Positions 32,287-41,936 of a DNA stretch of 61,269 nt are shown one piece after another. The notes beneath the pieces are model-generated. The model saw only the letters and a list, made by a program, of their open reading frames with translations. It was not told the origin of the DNA and searched no databases. This stretch comes from a virus. Lineage: Duplodnaviria; Caudoviricetes. Location: IMG/VR virus record IMGVR_UViG_3300032273_000002, positions 1 to 61,269 of that record, one strand, 5' to 3'. The stretch's first letter is position 1; every line of letters starts with the position of its first letter. Made by a program: the position numbers and the translations under genes.

Positions 32287-35033
32287 TAGGTATCGCTTGT
32301 CCGAATGGCTGAAATGCTTTGATTGCTGCTACCAAAGCTCCACTCTGAAATAAACTGCTTGATCGGCGATGTACCGCCATCGCGTACAAGCAGGGTTAGA
32401 TCCAGGGCGTTATCGTAAACCGCTTGGAATTCAAGAGAGGTGGCCTTGGCAAGCAGGTCTATGTAGGTGAGATAAACCGTGTTGCCAATCGCCGCGGTAT
32501 CGGTCAGGCCGGAGCCGTTGAACGCGATATTGTCAGGGGTGATGGTGTGAGTTCCGCCACCGGCTGCCGTTGTAATATTGACAGCTGTTCCGTTGGCAGC
32601 GTCTTCCAGGCTTGCGGCAAGCTTGATGTTGTCCGCATCGGAGTAGATCACATAGTAGGTAGTTGCCAGCGCCAGCGGCGAGGGCAGCGTGCCGGTTGTG
32701 GTGAGCGTCACCGGCATCTGGTCTTTAAACAAATGCCCTGTGATCTCGATCTCCTCTGTGCCTGTGTCCACATCGGCGTCGACAAAGGTGTCGGCACCGA
32801 CCAGGGTAAAGGTGTCGGAAGGATCATCGTAGGACGAGTAATTGACTCGAATGTGAAATCCCTCGTCGTTGATTACCCGCAGAGTTCCGGCGTTGGGGGA
32901 GCTGCCAGGAATAGCGTTGACAACGATTGCGCTTTCAGCGGCACCGCTAAGCGCTGTGGTCAAATGCATCTGGCCCACATAGCAATAATTGCCGGCGCTG
33001 GCCTGGTTGCCACCGGAGAAGTCAGTCGAGGTGATCGTGAAGGTGTCACCACCAGTGTCATAGGTGCTATAGGCGACCGTGACGACGCTGCCGTCATCTT
33101 TCAAAATGTCGATATAGCCGGAGCTGGCCAAATATGCATCGATGTCGGCATCGGCGAGATCCTCGTTGACCGCCACCGATGTGGTCGTGCCGCTGGTCAA
33201 ATCACTGGCAAGGGTAAAGTGCGCCCTGCCCATGGTCGGATCCCCATTGATGTCAACCGTTGTGCCGTCCCAGGGCGCAACAAACACATAATCCTGACCG
33301 ACGACCACACCCGAGACCGTGTTGGTGACCGTGTTGGGCGGCGTGATCTGCGTATCGGTCAAATCAAAGACCTTGTCCGCGGAGGTCAGCTTGGCATTGT
33401 CGATGCCGACGCCGTAACCGCCAATGATCGCCGTACCGGTTGAAACCCCGATATACGGTGTGCTGATGGTTCGCTGGGTCAACGCGAGCACGCTGACCTC
33501 GATGGTAACAGAGGCGGTGTGATCGGCAGCCGTCAAATCGGTGCCCCCGTAGTGGCACAGGGCCTGGTCCGCGGCCATCGTGCCCTTGATCACCTGGACG
33601 TACAGGTAATCATTTGTGGCGTCATGGGCGAGCACGTGCAGCACCCCGCCACCGGTGACCGCAGTCGGCGCTGACGAGGTTACCGCCGAGGCGCCGGAGC
33701 TTTGACCGACAAATGTTTCGGTGTTTCCCACCGTGCCCTCGGTGACATCAACGATCAGCGAGAGGTCAGTACCGTCAATCGACAGGACCCGGCCCTTCCA
33801 TGCGGGAGTGGATGAGTTTTCGTGAACGGCTTCTCCGAGCGTGAACGGTCCACTGGTAACAGACCCATGATCGACATATGTACCCCACACCAGCATGTCG
33901 TAATCACTGATAGAGATACCGCCTGCCTCAGTGTCGTAGCCCACAGAGTGAGTGACACCTCGAAATACTTCGCCGTTAAGCCCATGTACGGTATAGCCTG
34001 ATCCATCCTCGGTTTCTCCTTTGGCCCGTTCGTAAAGATCATTAATATCGTGGGTGTTGATCCAGGACAGCTTGCCGAAATAGTCCTCGTTGGTGCCGTT
34101 GTCATCCACATCGAACTGCTCGAAGCCGAGATCCTCGCCACTGAAATCCGTATCCCATGTGGTGCCGATCACCGTCGTGTTGCCGGTCGTGCAGTTAAGA
34201 TCGCCGGTGTCAACCAGGGCCAATACGTTGTTGCCCCGGGAGGTGCCGTTGATGCGAAATTCGCTGTACGTGTTTCCCATCCGGCGGCAGATGCCGATCA
34301 AGCGCCGGCCATCGATGTCGCAGTCATCTTCACGAACCTTGACCAAAAATCGATGCGAAATGCCCTGGGTGCTGTTCGGGCAAAGCGGCTTGCCGATTAG
34401 ATACGTGTCGCTGGTGGTAAAGCCCTCTGCAGATGTGCCGCCGTGCAGCTCACCGGAGGCAAACGTCAAGGTGTCGTCAGTGTGCGACAGCACGATGCCC
34501 CGGCTGCCATCCCTGACGCCACCGTGGGTATTAACCACTGAATAACCGACCAGGCTCATCCCTGCGAAGGCGCCGGTGTCCACCAGTGTCGTGGTGCTGC
34601 CGCCAGTGGCGGTGCCACCAAGGTTGTAATTCCAAAAATCGTCCGAGATGATAGCACCATCCTGCAGGATCTGCAGCTGGACATCGTCGTTGCCGAAGTT
34701 TACGATGCCATCCCAAATTTCAGCGCCGTCGTTTTGGATAATAGAGCCGTCGTACAGGTGCTCGGCGGCAGCGGCGTTGATATTGTAGCCGTTGATGAGC
34801 GTGATGATGTTGTCCGTACTTCTGACAGAAGGATTGAGCATGGCGATGTAAACCTCATCATTTGTGCTCGCCGGCTCTTGGTCGTCAGCTAGTTCTTGCA
34901 GCCACCGGTGCAGCTCAATCACAGTGGCATAAGACGGTGAGGCCCCGTTGTGATCGTGACCCCCATAGCGAATGTTTCCTGTCTGACTGTCAACCGTCCA
35001 ATCGGCAGCAACCAGTTCATACGTGATGGCCAT
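32286..35033 (-). CDS. Large acidic virion structural protein
   Basis: 915 aa, D/T/G-rich beta domains, including a TGHLF...GTLPSPL...YYVI...IKLAAS module; AAGGAG SD. Confidence 0.75.
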   Translation of the reverse strand: MAITYELVAADWTVDSQTGNIRYGGHDHNGASPSYATVIELHRWLQELADDQEPASTNDEVYIAMLNPSVRSTDNIITLINGYNINAAAAEHLYDGSIIQNDGAEIWDGIVNFGNDDVQLQILQDGAIISDDFWNYNLGGTATGGSTTTLVDTGAFAGMSLVGYSVVNTHGGVRDGSRGIVLSHTDDTLTFASGELHGGTSAEGFTTSDTYLIGKPLCPNSTQGISHRFLVKVREDDCDIDGRRLIGICRRMGNTYSEFRINGTSRGNNVLALVDTGDLNCTTGNTTVIGTTWDTDFSGEDLGFEQFDVDDNGTNEDYFGKLSWINTHDINDLYERAKGETEDGSGYTVHGLNGEVFRGVTHSVGYDTEAGGISISDYDMLVWGTYVDHGSVTSGPFTLGEAVHENSSTPAWKGRVLSIDGTDLSLIVDVTEGTVGNTETFVGQSSGASAVTSSAPTAVTGGGVLHVLAHDATNDYLYVQVIKGTMAADQALCHYGGTDLTAADHTASVTIEVSVLALTQRTISTPYIGVSTGTAIIGGYGVGIDNAKLTSADKVFDLTDTQITPPNTVTNTVSGVVVGQDYVFVAPWDGTTVDINGDPTMGRAHFTLASDLTSGTTTSVAVNEDLADADIDAYLASSGYIDILKDDGSVVTVAYSTYDTGGDTFTITSTDFSGGNQASAGNYCYVGQMHLTTALSGAAESAIVVNAIPGSSPNAGTLRVINDEGFHIRVNYSSYDDPSDTFTLVGADTFVDADVDTGTEEIEITGHLFKDQMPVTLTTTGTLPSPLALATTYYVIYSDADNIKLAASLEDAANGTAVNITTAAGGGTHTITPDNIAFNGSGLTDTAAIGNTVYLTYIDLLAKATSLEFQAVYDNALDLTLLVRDGGTSPIKQFISEWSFGSSNQSISAIRTSDT

Positions 35034-35045
35034 TTTCTATTCTCC

Positions 35046-35615
35046 TTAATTTTCTCGGGTTAAGGTTGCATGATCGATAATCCCCTGCGGGCTCCTGACG
35101 ACATCTACTTTCCACTTTCTGGCCGGCTCGGGCATATCCACTGTCACCGGCGTCGGATTAACGGTGATCACCGGCTCACGCATCTCCGATATTTTCGAAA
35201 CAAACTGATCGAGCACGGCTTGCATCTTTTTCTCCGGACTCGATTTATTGGATTCGTTCGCCAGCATCGCCACGGCCTTGGCCAACCGATCAGTCGACTC
35301 TGCGCCCAAGTGCTCGGGCTTAAGGCTGGCGATCGCAGCGTTCATGCTGGCGCTTTGCGCTGCCATGGCCTCTGAGATCTTGGTTGCAAACCGGCTCAAG
35401 GCCTCCAGCTGACGCTCGTCATCGACTGCCTCCAGCGCCGATTTGATTGACTGCATCGTTGCGAGCTGTTCGGCGTGCATGGTCCGCACGATTTCAGTCA
35501 GTTGCTCCAGGGCCTCTAGCTGCAAGTCGACTTCGGGCTCAGGCGGTGCGTTTAAGCGCTCGAAGTCCTTAGCATCGGCGAGCTTGCCGAGTTCGTCTGT
35601 ATTAAGCACCCGCAT
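35046..35615 (-). CDS. Coiled-coil protein with C-terminal KWKVDVVRSPQG motif
   Basis: Likely start MRVLNT at 35615 (GGAG upstream); the track extension to 35777 overlaps the upstream gene. Confidence 0.65.
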   Translation of the reverse strand: MRVLNTDELGKLADAKDFERLNAPPEPEVDLQLEALEQLTEIVRTMHAEQLATMQSIKSALEAVDDERQLEALSRFATKISEAMAAQSASMNAAIASLKPEHLGAESTDRLAKAVAMLANESNKSSPEKKMQAVLDQFVSKISEMREPVITVNPTPVTVDMPEPARKWKVDVVRSPQGIIDHATLTREN

Positions 35616-37929
35616 TAATGCACTCCAATACCTGGTAGTATTTTTCGATGGTGCCCTCGAGCTCGGTAAGGGCCTCGCGAGGATCGGCATCGATCTTGAC
35701 CATTTGGCCGGATTCGGCATGGATGGCGGTGACCTTGACCTTGCCAGCCCGGGGCATCCGGTAGATGGTATCCTCAACGGCTTTGACTTTGGCCTCGGTC
35801 ACCACCTTGCCCTGCCGGCGTTTGGCTTCCGCGTAAGCATCGGCGATGGCCTGCTCGACTTTCTCCATGCGCTTGACATCGGCCATGCTGCCGACGCCAA
35901 CCTTAAGTGCAGATTTCACCCGTTCGATCAGGGCGCTGACAATTTTGCGCAGCTTCGCGAAAGCATCCGGCGCCCGCTGGTTGAGCTCCTTCCAAAAACT
36001 CGGGCGAGTAAAGGCACGGCCGGCGATATCGCTGCCGAATTCCTTTTTGATGCCCTCAGCGTCGAGCTCAGGAAGGGCAGCAGCTCTGCGGTCCTGTTGA
36101 ATGGCGGCGACATATTGCTGATAATTGGCGGTGTCGGCCATGACCACATCCATGGCCTTGTCCCACAAATCCGGATGCTTCACCGAGAGCTCGTGAAAAC
36201 TTTCATGCCCCAGGACAAACAGATCAGGCTCCGCGGCGTTCTCGTTGATAAAAATGCGCCCGCTCTTCTCGTTATAAAAACCGTTGACCCGGTCGGCCGG
36301 CGAGTCGTACTTGGCTTTGTAAAAAGTGACCTTGGAGTCGATCGCATCGGCAACGGCATGCACGTAGGTCTGCGACCTGGTGGTTTTGCTTTCTGCAACC
36401 TGCTGCAGGTCAAATGCCGGCGTCACTCGCTTCAGCGAGCTCATGCTCGAGATCTCACCGCCCTGGCCCTTGGGCAGCTTCACCTCTTCTTGTTTGGCGG
36501 CCGCTTTCTTGGGCGCTTTCTTGGCGGCTTTCTTCGCCTTGACGGCGTATCGTTTTTCAATATCCTTTTTGAGCTCGGGGAATCGCGCCGCGACGACCTT
36601 GGCCTCTTCTTCTGTGAGATCACCGGTCATTTGGTCCAGGATCATCTCGGTGGCTGCCGCCTCTTTTTTCTCGCCAACCGTTTTGGTTTCCGCTTCCGTT
36701 TCGCCAGGCTCAACGATCTTGGTTTTGTCGGTCAGCGCAAAGCCCAGTTGCCCCTCAGGGCCTGGCAAGGGCTCGATCGGACCCTTGACCTGGCGTTCGC
36801 CTTCGGCAGCCGCAGGCGGCCTCTCAGTGCCTGTGACCGCGTCGGCTGCGACCTGCCCGCCCTTGATCATCGCACCGCCGATCGGAAACAGCGCCCCGCC
36901 GACAGCACCGACAAGACCCGCGTACCCGGCTTTTTTTGTTTGCTCCCAGGTGGCCCACACGTTTTTGGACCGCTCGAGGATCTCGACTGCCGAGGCGTTG
37001 GGATCCTTGGCGTACTCTTCAGAGACAACCGACCACTGCTCCTGGGTAATTTCCTCCAGGCCTTCGGCCGCTGCGCTCTCGGCAAGGTTTTCGACAAATC
37101 TTTTGACGCCAGCTCTGACGCCAACCCGCCTGGCGGCCATGCCGGCCACTGCCCCCAGGGCCTTCAGATTAACGATGTTGCCTACGGTTTCCACTGCCGC
37201 ATTTGGCAGCGCATCTAAAAGAGCAGCGTTCCAGGCCGTGTCACTATCGATGCCCTGCGCCTCGAACTCCGCGGCTCTGGCGCCGGCGATCTGAGAGACA
37301 GCCACCGCGTAGCCGATGGCCGGGTTGGCCGCGGTGGCCACCATCGTCGGGGCAAAGCGAGCCATGCCGGTCACGGCCTGCTCGAAGATTTGGCCCGGGA
37401 CGGATTCGAAGATATTGACCTCGGTGAGCTCGGGCATGGACGCGGCGAATTCCTCCACGTTTGCAACCGCCTCGGCAGTCTCCCTGTCGAAGCGCTCGAG
37501 CATGGCCTGGCCGTATTTGTTGTCCGCATTGATATAGGTGGAGCGCAGCTTGTTGACCTGCTCGTCCTGCTTGCCGATAAACCTGGCGATGTCAGCGATG
37601 CCCTGTGAGCTGGATTGATAAACGGCTCTGCCCAGGCGCACGACTTTTGACTCGGGATCGGCAATGCCGGAGGGGTCCTCGGACATCAAGTAAGCATCGA
37701 CAGTCTCCTGGTTGGTGGCCTTGATGTTGCTGACCATGTCAGGAACGCTCATGTAATCGTAAGCGCTCGGAGGAACAGGCTCAGCAGCAGGGGCAGACTC
37801 ATCGCCGATGCCGTAATAATCCAGAATGTTCCCGCCGGAGGGCTGATTGTCGCTGTAGTCACCGACATCGGCAGAAGCGCTGCCGTCAGATTCGCTGATG
37901 CCGTAATAATCAAGAATGTTACCAGCCAT
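35602..37929 (-). CDS. Internal virion/ejection protein with zincin metallopeptidase (MPTase-like) domain
   Basis: Ala/Gly-rich membrane-like helices and AEGLEEITQE motif; NGFY...IFIN...LGHESFH...KEFGSD (HExxH at 36193-36207 plus a downstream E). Confidence 0.8.
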   Translation of the reverse strand: MAGNILDYYGISESDGSASADVGDYSDNQPSGGNILDYYGIGDESAPAAEPVPPSAYDYMSVPDMVSNIKATNQETVDAYLMSEDPSGIADPESKVVRLGRAVYQSSSQGIADIARFIGKQDEQVNKLRSTYINADNKYGQAMLERFDRETAEAVANVEEFAASMPELTEVNIFESVPGQIFEQAVTGMARFAPTMVATAANPAIGYAVAVSQIAGARAAEFEAQGIDSDTAWNAALLDALPNAAVETVGNIVNLKALGAVAGMAARRVGVRAGVKRFVENLAESAAAEGLEEITQEQWSVVSEEYAKDPNASAVEILERSKNVWATWEQTKKAGYAGLVGAVGGALFPIGGAMIKGGQVAADAVTGTERPPAAAEGERQVKGPIEPLPGPEGQLGFALTDKTKIVEPGETEAETKTVGEKKEAAATEMILDQMTGDLTEEEAKVVAARFPELKKDIEKRYAVKAKKAAKKAPKKAAAKQEEVKLPKGQGGEISSMSSLKRVTPAFDLQQVAESKTTRSQTYVHAVADAIDSKVTFYKAKYDSPADRVNGFYNEKSGRIFINENAAEPDLFVLGHESFHELSVKHPDLWDKAMDVVMADTANYQQYVAAIQQDRRAAALPELDAEGIKKEFGSDIAGRAFTRPSFWKELNQRAPDAFAKLRKIVSALIERVKSALKVGVGSMADVKRMEKVEQAIADAYAEAKRRQGKVVTEAKVKAVEDTIYRMPRAGKVKVTAIHAESGQMVKIDADPREALTELEGTIEKYYQVLECINAGA

Positions 37930-37931
37930 AT

Positions 37932-39041
37932 TTATTTCCTGGGAGCTTCGGTGTTGTAGCCGTCGTTTTCCAGCATCTGCAGGGTCGCCCGATAGTCGTT
38001 GCCAGTTAGTGACAGATATTGCTCAATAATCGCTCTTGTTGGGTGGCCCTTTGTCCGCGGGCCAGGTTTGGGGATAAACGGCTGTTTGCTTTGTTTCTGT
38101 TTCTTTTTAACGACCTCGGACTTTTCTTCTTCGGCAATGTCACCCAAGGCCTTTTGTATTACCAACATCTTTTGTTTAAGCGCCGTGGTGTCGGTGCCGG
38201 AATATGCGTTCTGGATCTGCTGCTGGGTCTCGAGCATCTCAGAGTAGAGGTCAAGCTTGCGCTTGGGCCGCTCCTGCTTTTCTTTGCGCCGAGCCTCGGT
38301 TTCGGCTTTTGCCTCTTTGTAGAGTTTCTCGTGTTTTGCTTCCAGCTTCTCCATTTGCTTTTCGCGCCTGGCGGCCTGGCGATCGTATTCGCCCATGATC
38401 TCTTTCATTTCGGCAACCTTGAACTCGGTTGCCGCTTTGAGCTTGTCGAACACCCGGGAGCGTTCATTCTTAACGAAATCTGCTCGCTGTTTGTCCTCGA
38501 GGTCATGCCACATCGGCCCCATGGTTGCCTGGCGATATTTTTCGTACTCGCGCTGGAAGTGCCCGGGATCGACATTGTCGAGCTCTTCCATAGGATCGAA
38601 CTTGTACGGATCGTTGCCGCCGAATTTCCGGTTGATGACCTCGGTCTTAAACGCCAGCCGCTCACTGGCAAAATCCATCGGCTGTGTGCGCTGCTGCCCA
38701 TAGTCTTGCATGGCCTGGCTGGCATCTGCGATTTTTCCCGGCGGCATCTCGCGGCGCTGCATGGGATCCTGATCGAAGATCAGCGGCTTTTCTTCGCTGA
38801 GCGATCGATTTAGATTCGTTGTCTGGCCAGGGCCTTGCTGGAGGGTGGCCGAGGCGGCTTCGATATCGGCCAGCTCCGGATTGTCGATAAACGCCTGTAG
38901 CTTCGGGTTGGTCACTTCCTCACCGCTCTCATCGATCGTCGGTGAGAAGTTTCGCTCGAGCTGCCCGAGGTCAACGACATTGCCTGACCTGTCGACAATG
39001 ACCTGGTTGTCGCGATATTTGGTATCTCGTAGAGTCGCCAT
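37932..39041 (-). CDS. Putative internal virion/ejection protein
   Basis: 369 aa, charged and helical; position between the nozzle/fibre genes and the large ejection gene. Confidence 0.6.
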   Translation of the reverse strand: MATLRDTKYRDNQVIVDRSGNVVDLGQLERNFSPTIDESGEEVTNPKLQAFIDNPELADIEAASATLQQGPGQTTNLNRSLSEEKPLIFDQDPMQRREMPPGKIADASQAMQDYGQQRTQPMDFASERLAFKTEVINRKFGGNDPYKFDPMEELDNVDPGHFQREYEKYRQATMGPMWHDLEDKQRADFVKNERSRVFDKLKAATEFKVAEMKEIMGEYDRQAARREKQMEKLEAKHEKLYKEAKAETEARRKEKQERPKRKLDLYSEMLETQQQIQNAYSGTDTTALKQKMLVIQKALGDIAEEEKSEVVKKKQKQSKQPFIPKPGPRTKGHPTRAIIEQYLSLTGNDYRATLQMLENDGYNTEAPRK

Positions 39042-39053
39042 CAGTTGTCCTTT

Positions 39054-39800
39054 TTACGAATAGTTGCGAACGTCAAAGGGACCGTATTCACCGGCTGCAT
39101 ACCGTTGCTTCGCTTTTTGGATGCCATAGTCAGGGCTCCATCCAGATGGACCCATCTGCCGCGGGTTCGAAGGCTGGCTGGTCACGCCCATGCCTGAGCC
39201 ACCTGTACCGCCTGTGCCGCCCGAGCTGCCCGAGTCATATCCAGTTGTCGTCTGCGTGGTCCTCGTGGTTCCCATTTTGCTAAACATCTGCCACAGGTTG
39301 TTGTATTCAGCCATCTTGGCCTGGTTGGTCGCGTTGAAGTTCGCCATGCGCTCGTTGTACATGTTCTGGTATTTGTTTCCATACTCGTTGACGGCCCCCT
39401 GCTGAGCGCTGGCCAAAATCGAGCCCAATCCGGATCCGTATCCGCGCAGGGCCTCGCGCACGGTCATGCGCCGCACGTTCGGATTCTCGTAATTTCTGCC
39501 GATTGACTGCAGGGTCACATCGCGCAGCCGGCGGATGTTGGGACCCGCCATGCGCTGTCGGTTTCGGGCAACCTCTGACTCATTCCACTCAGGCGCAGCA
39601 AATGTTGACATCTCGGGGCGCACTGGCGTCTGGCCCGTTGGGGTCCAGGTCTGCTCGGATACGGATCTCGAGGAGCTCGTCTGCCCGGTGCCGCCAGGTA
39701 GCGCCTGACCGCCACCAGTTTTGGCCCGGTGTACCGGCAGATTCATCCTGGCCGATCGTTGACGAAATTCCTCGGCGTCTGCTGCTATGTTGATCGGCAT
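39054..39800 (-). CDS. Putative small ejection/pilot protein
   Basis: G/S/T/Q/N-rich low complexity; first gene of the ejection trio. Confidence 0.6.
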   Translation of the reverse strand: MPINIAADAEEFRQRSARMNLPVHRAKTGGGQALPGGTGQTSSSRSVSEQTWTPTGQTPVRPEMSTFAAPEWNESEVARNRQRMAGPNIRRLRDVTLQSIGRNYENPNVRRMTVREALRGYGSGLGSILASAQQGAVNEYGNKYQNMYNERMANFNATNQAKMAEYNNLWQMFSKMGTTRTTQTTTGYDSGSSGGTGGTGGSGMGVTSQPSNPRQMGPSGWSPDYGIQKAKQRYAAGEYGPFDVRNYS

Positions 39801-39817
39801 CTTTTGTCTCCTTCCTG

Positions 39818-40315
39818 TTAATCCACTTCTTTTATTTTTGGCGGGGCCATGCTGATGATCTCTTCTTCATACACCTCATCGGGCACCATAATCGGCCGGG
39901 GATCGTTTAGCCTGGTGTAGGTCAGGTTGAGCTTTTTTACCCACTGGAGAACACTCTTTTTGCTCAGCTCCTCGAAGCCGCACTCGATAATTTTGGTGCA
40001 GCGCCATATCGACTTCCAGCCCCCGGGAAGCTGGTTGCCTGGCTGCGTGTTGACATGCTCCAGGCTCATGATCTGGCCGCAGTCAGGGCATTTCAGGGAG
40101 TTCTTTTTCCACAGCTCAGCAACCTCATGGTGGATCTTGATCTGCTTGGTTTGATAATATTTCCGGGCCGCGATGCACTGCATGGCATGATCGAGCGCAA
40201 TGCCCTTGTCGTGCAGCTGCCGGAGATACGTGAAAACATCCTGCTGAAACCGCCACGTAAACGCCTGGGTCTTTTTAAAAAAATCAACGACATCGCCTTC
40301 TGCTAATTCGGACAA
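39818..40315 (-). CDS. Zn-ribbon-containing hypothetical protein
   Basis: CPDCG...WRCTKIIECG. Confidence 0.7.
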   Translation of the reverse strand: MSELAEGDVVDFFKKTQAFTWRFQQDVFTYLRQLHDKGIALDHAMQCIAARKYYQTKQIKIHHEVAELWKKNSLKCPDCGQIMSLEHVNTQPGNQLPGGWKSIWRCTKIIECGFEELSKKSVLQWVKKLNLTYTRLNDPRPIMVPDEVYEEEIISMAPPKIKEVD

Positions 40316-41517
40316 CCGTATACCTCCGCATAAATGCGGTCCTGGACGCAGATGTCACCAGCACCGCCGCAATACTGCCAGCATGGAAAAGAGTGGCCGT
40401 AGCCAGTGCCTGGCCCGATCTGGCACGACGGTGCCGCGCACCCATCACCGCAGCACAGCGCACCGCACACCGAGGCAACCCGCATGACGTCACTTAAATA
40501 CAAACAGGGGTACGTGCCGCGATAATCGGTTCCGATGCAAGTGTCATCAGAATAATTGGTGTACTCGCGGCTGCACGAGCACTGGCAGCCGCCAGCGTTA
40601 AGCTGCACACTTGAGTCGACCGAATGCCACTCGCCGTTGTTGGCAACGCCAACCGCGCCGGTGGCCTCGTCCTCGCACGAATCGGTGACCGTGATAAAAA
40701 TGGTGCCGCATGCATTCTCGGTTGTATAGAGTACATTAGAGCGGCCACTGGTCACAGCCGCCGACAGTGAGCATCCCGAGCCGCTGTCTCCACACTGATC
40801 GATTTCCCAAGCAAACGGGCCCACACCATCGAGGATATGCACCGGGATAGTATCGCCAGCATTGATTGTGCCGGCCGTGTTTTGCGTGTCCCAGGAGACA
40901 TCGTCAGCCTCCTCGCAGGGCGTACAATCATAGCACTCGGTAATCATGATGGAGTCGTGAGAGCCCTTAACGGCGCCAGCCCTCATGGACACATCGATTT
41001 CCAGCGCACCGGGCGGATCCTCGCCGGCGGTGATTGACAACCGCGCCGCGGTGCCCATGAGCTGAACCGCAACGGAGAAGTCTTTGGAGGCCAGCCGAGC
41101 AAAGGACAGCGACACGGCCGTGATCTCGTGCGAGCACTCAACGATGGCGCTGCGGGTGTCGTTCTCGCAGTAGCACCCCGAGGCCGTGCAATAAAAGACA
41201 GTCAAGCTCGGCCATCCGAAGGGCTCGCCTGGGTCCTGGGGATCGCTGGGAACGCTCGGAAAGTCCCAGGAGCTTGGCGGATCGAATATCGCCGGCGGAA
41301 AGCCTGGCGGATTCCACAAAAAGGTTTCCATCTCGTGATAGTCATCTTCCAGGTACGGCTTTTCGAGCGCAGACCAGGAGGCTTTAAAACTCTCGTCGTA
41401 CATAAAGACGGTCTTTTTGCGCATCAAATCCCGAAAGCCGTCATCATCGCTGCCGCGATACAGCTTGCGCCCATAGTCCCGGGCCGCGTCATCGTACTTG
41501 TCGTCGATCGAGCTCAT
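40303..41517 (-). CDS. Cys-rich putative tail/structural protein
   Basis: 404 aa; Ig-like middle (DGVGPFAWEI...ITVTDSC); very Cys-rich C-terminus. Confidence 0.7.
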   Translation of the reverse strand: MSSIDDKYDDAARDYGRKLYRGSDDDGFRDLMRKKTVFMYDESFKASWSALEKPYLEDDYHEMETFLWNPPGFPPAIFDPPSSWDFPSVPSDPQDPGEPFGWPSLTVFYCTASGCYCENDTRSAIVECSHEITAVSLSFARLASKDFSVAVQLMGTAARLSITAGEDPPGALEIDVSMRAGAVKGSHDSIMITECYDCTPCEEADDVSWDTQNTAGTINAGDTIPVHILDGVGPFAWEIDQCGDSGSGCSLSAAVTSGRSNVLYTTENACGTIFITVTDSCEDEATGAVGVANNGEWHSVDSSVQLNAGGCQCSCSREYTNYSDDTCIGTDYRGTYPCLYLSDVMRVASVCGALCCGDGCAAPSCQIGPGTGYGHSFPCWQYCGGAGDICVQDRIYAEVYGCPN

Positions 41518-41936
41518 TAGGCAGCTTCCGCATCGAGCAGGCCATCAGCGCTAAACACCAGCGCCAGGTTTTCAGCCGAAGGGCTTCTGACGGCCGAGAA
41601 CTGAAACAGGCAACAAAGCCGGTTGGAGCTCGAGCTGTCGTAGACCACCGCATAGTAAATGTTGCTGCCGGTTAAGCTGGTCCATACAGCCGGATCGTCA
41701 AAGTCAAGCTTTGTCACCCCCGAAGACTCGGAGAGCGACACATTGGAAATGGTCTTGCCGCCGGCCGTGTACCCGGTGGCATCGCATTCATAGGTGCTGA
41801 CCTCGCTCCAAAGCTCATCGGTCGAATCAGGGGTGTAAGTATTTTTGACCAGCGCAATCTTAAAGACATCGCTGCTCAGATCGATGTTGCCGTTCATCAC
41901 GTGGAGCGGGAACTTATCAAAAATCAAATCCGCCAT
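41517..41936 (-). CDS. Conserved small tail/fibre-associated protein
   Basis: IDLSSDVFKIALV...GYTAGG...DFDD..WT...YAVVYD motif. Confidence 0.7.
   Translation of the reverse strand: MADLIFDKFPLHVMNGNIDLSSDVFKIALVKNTYTPDSTDELWSEVSTYECDATGYTAGGKTISNVSLSESSGVTKLDFDDPAVWTSLTGSNIYYAVVYDSSSSNRLCCLFQFSAVRSPSAENLALVFSADGLLDAEAA

Noticed and set aside
35443-37218. 591-aa plus-strand ORF, and similar long antisense ORFs at 21086-22282, 32424-33443 and 36380-37294
   Set aside because: They are shadows of well-supported minus-strand genes, with no SD, no recognisable motifs and composition typical of antisense frames.
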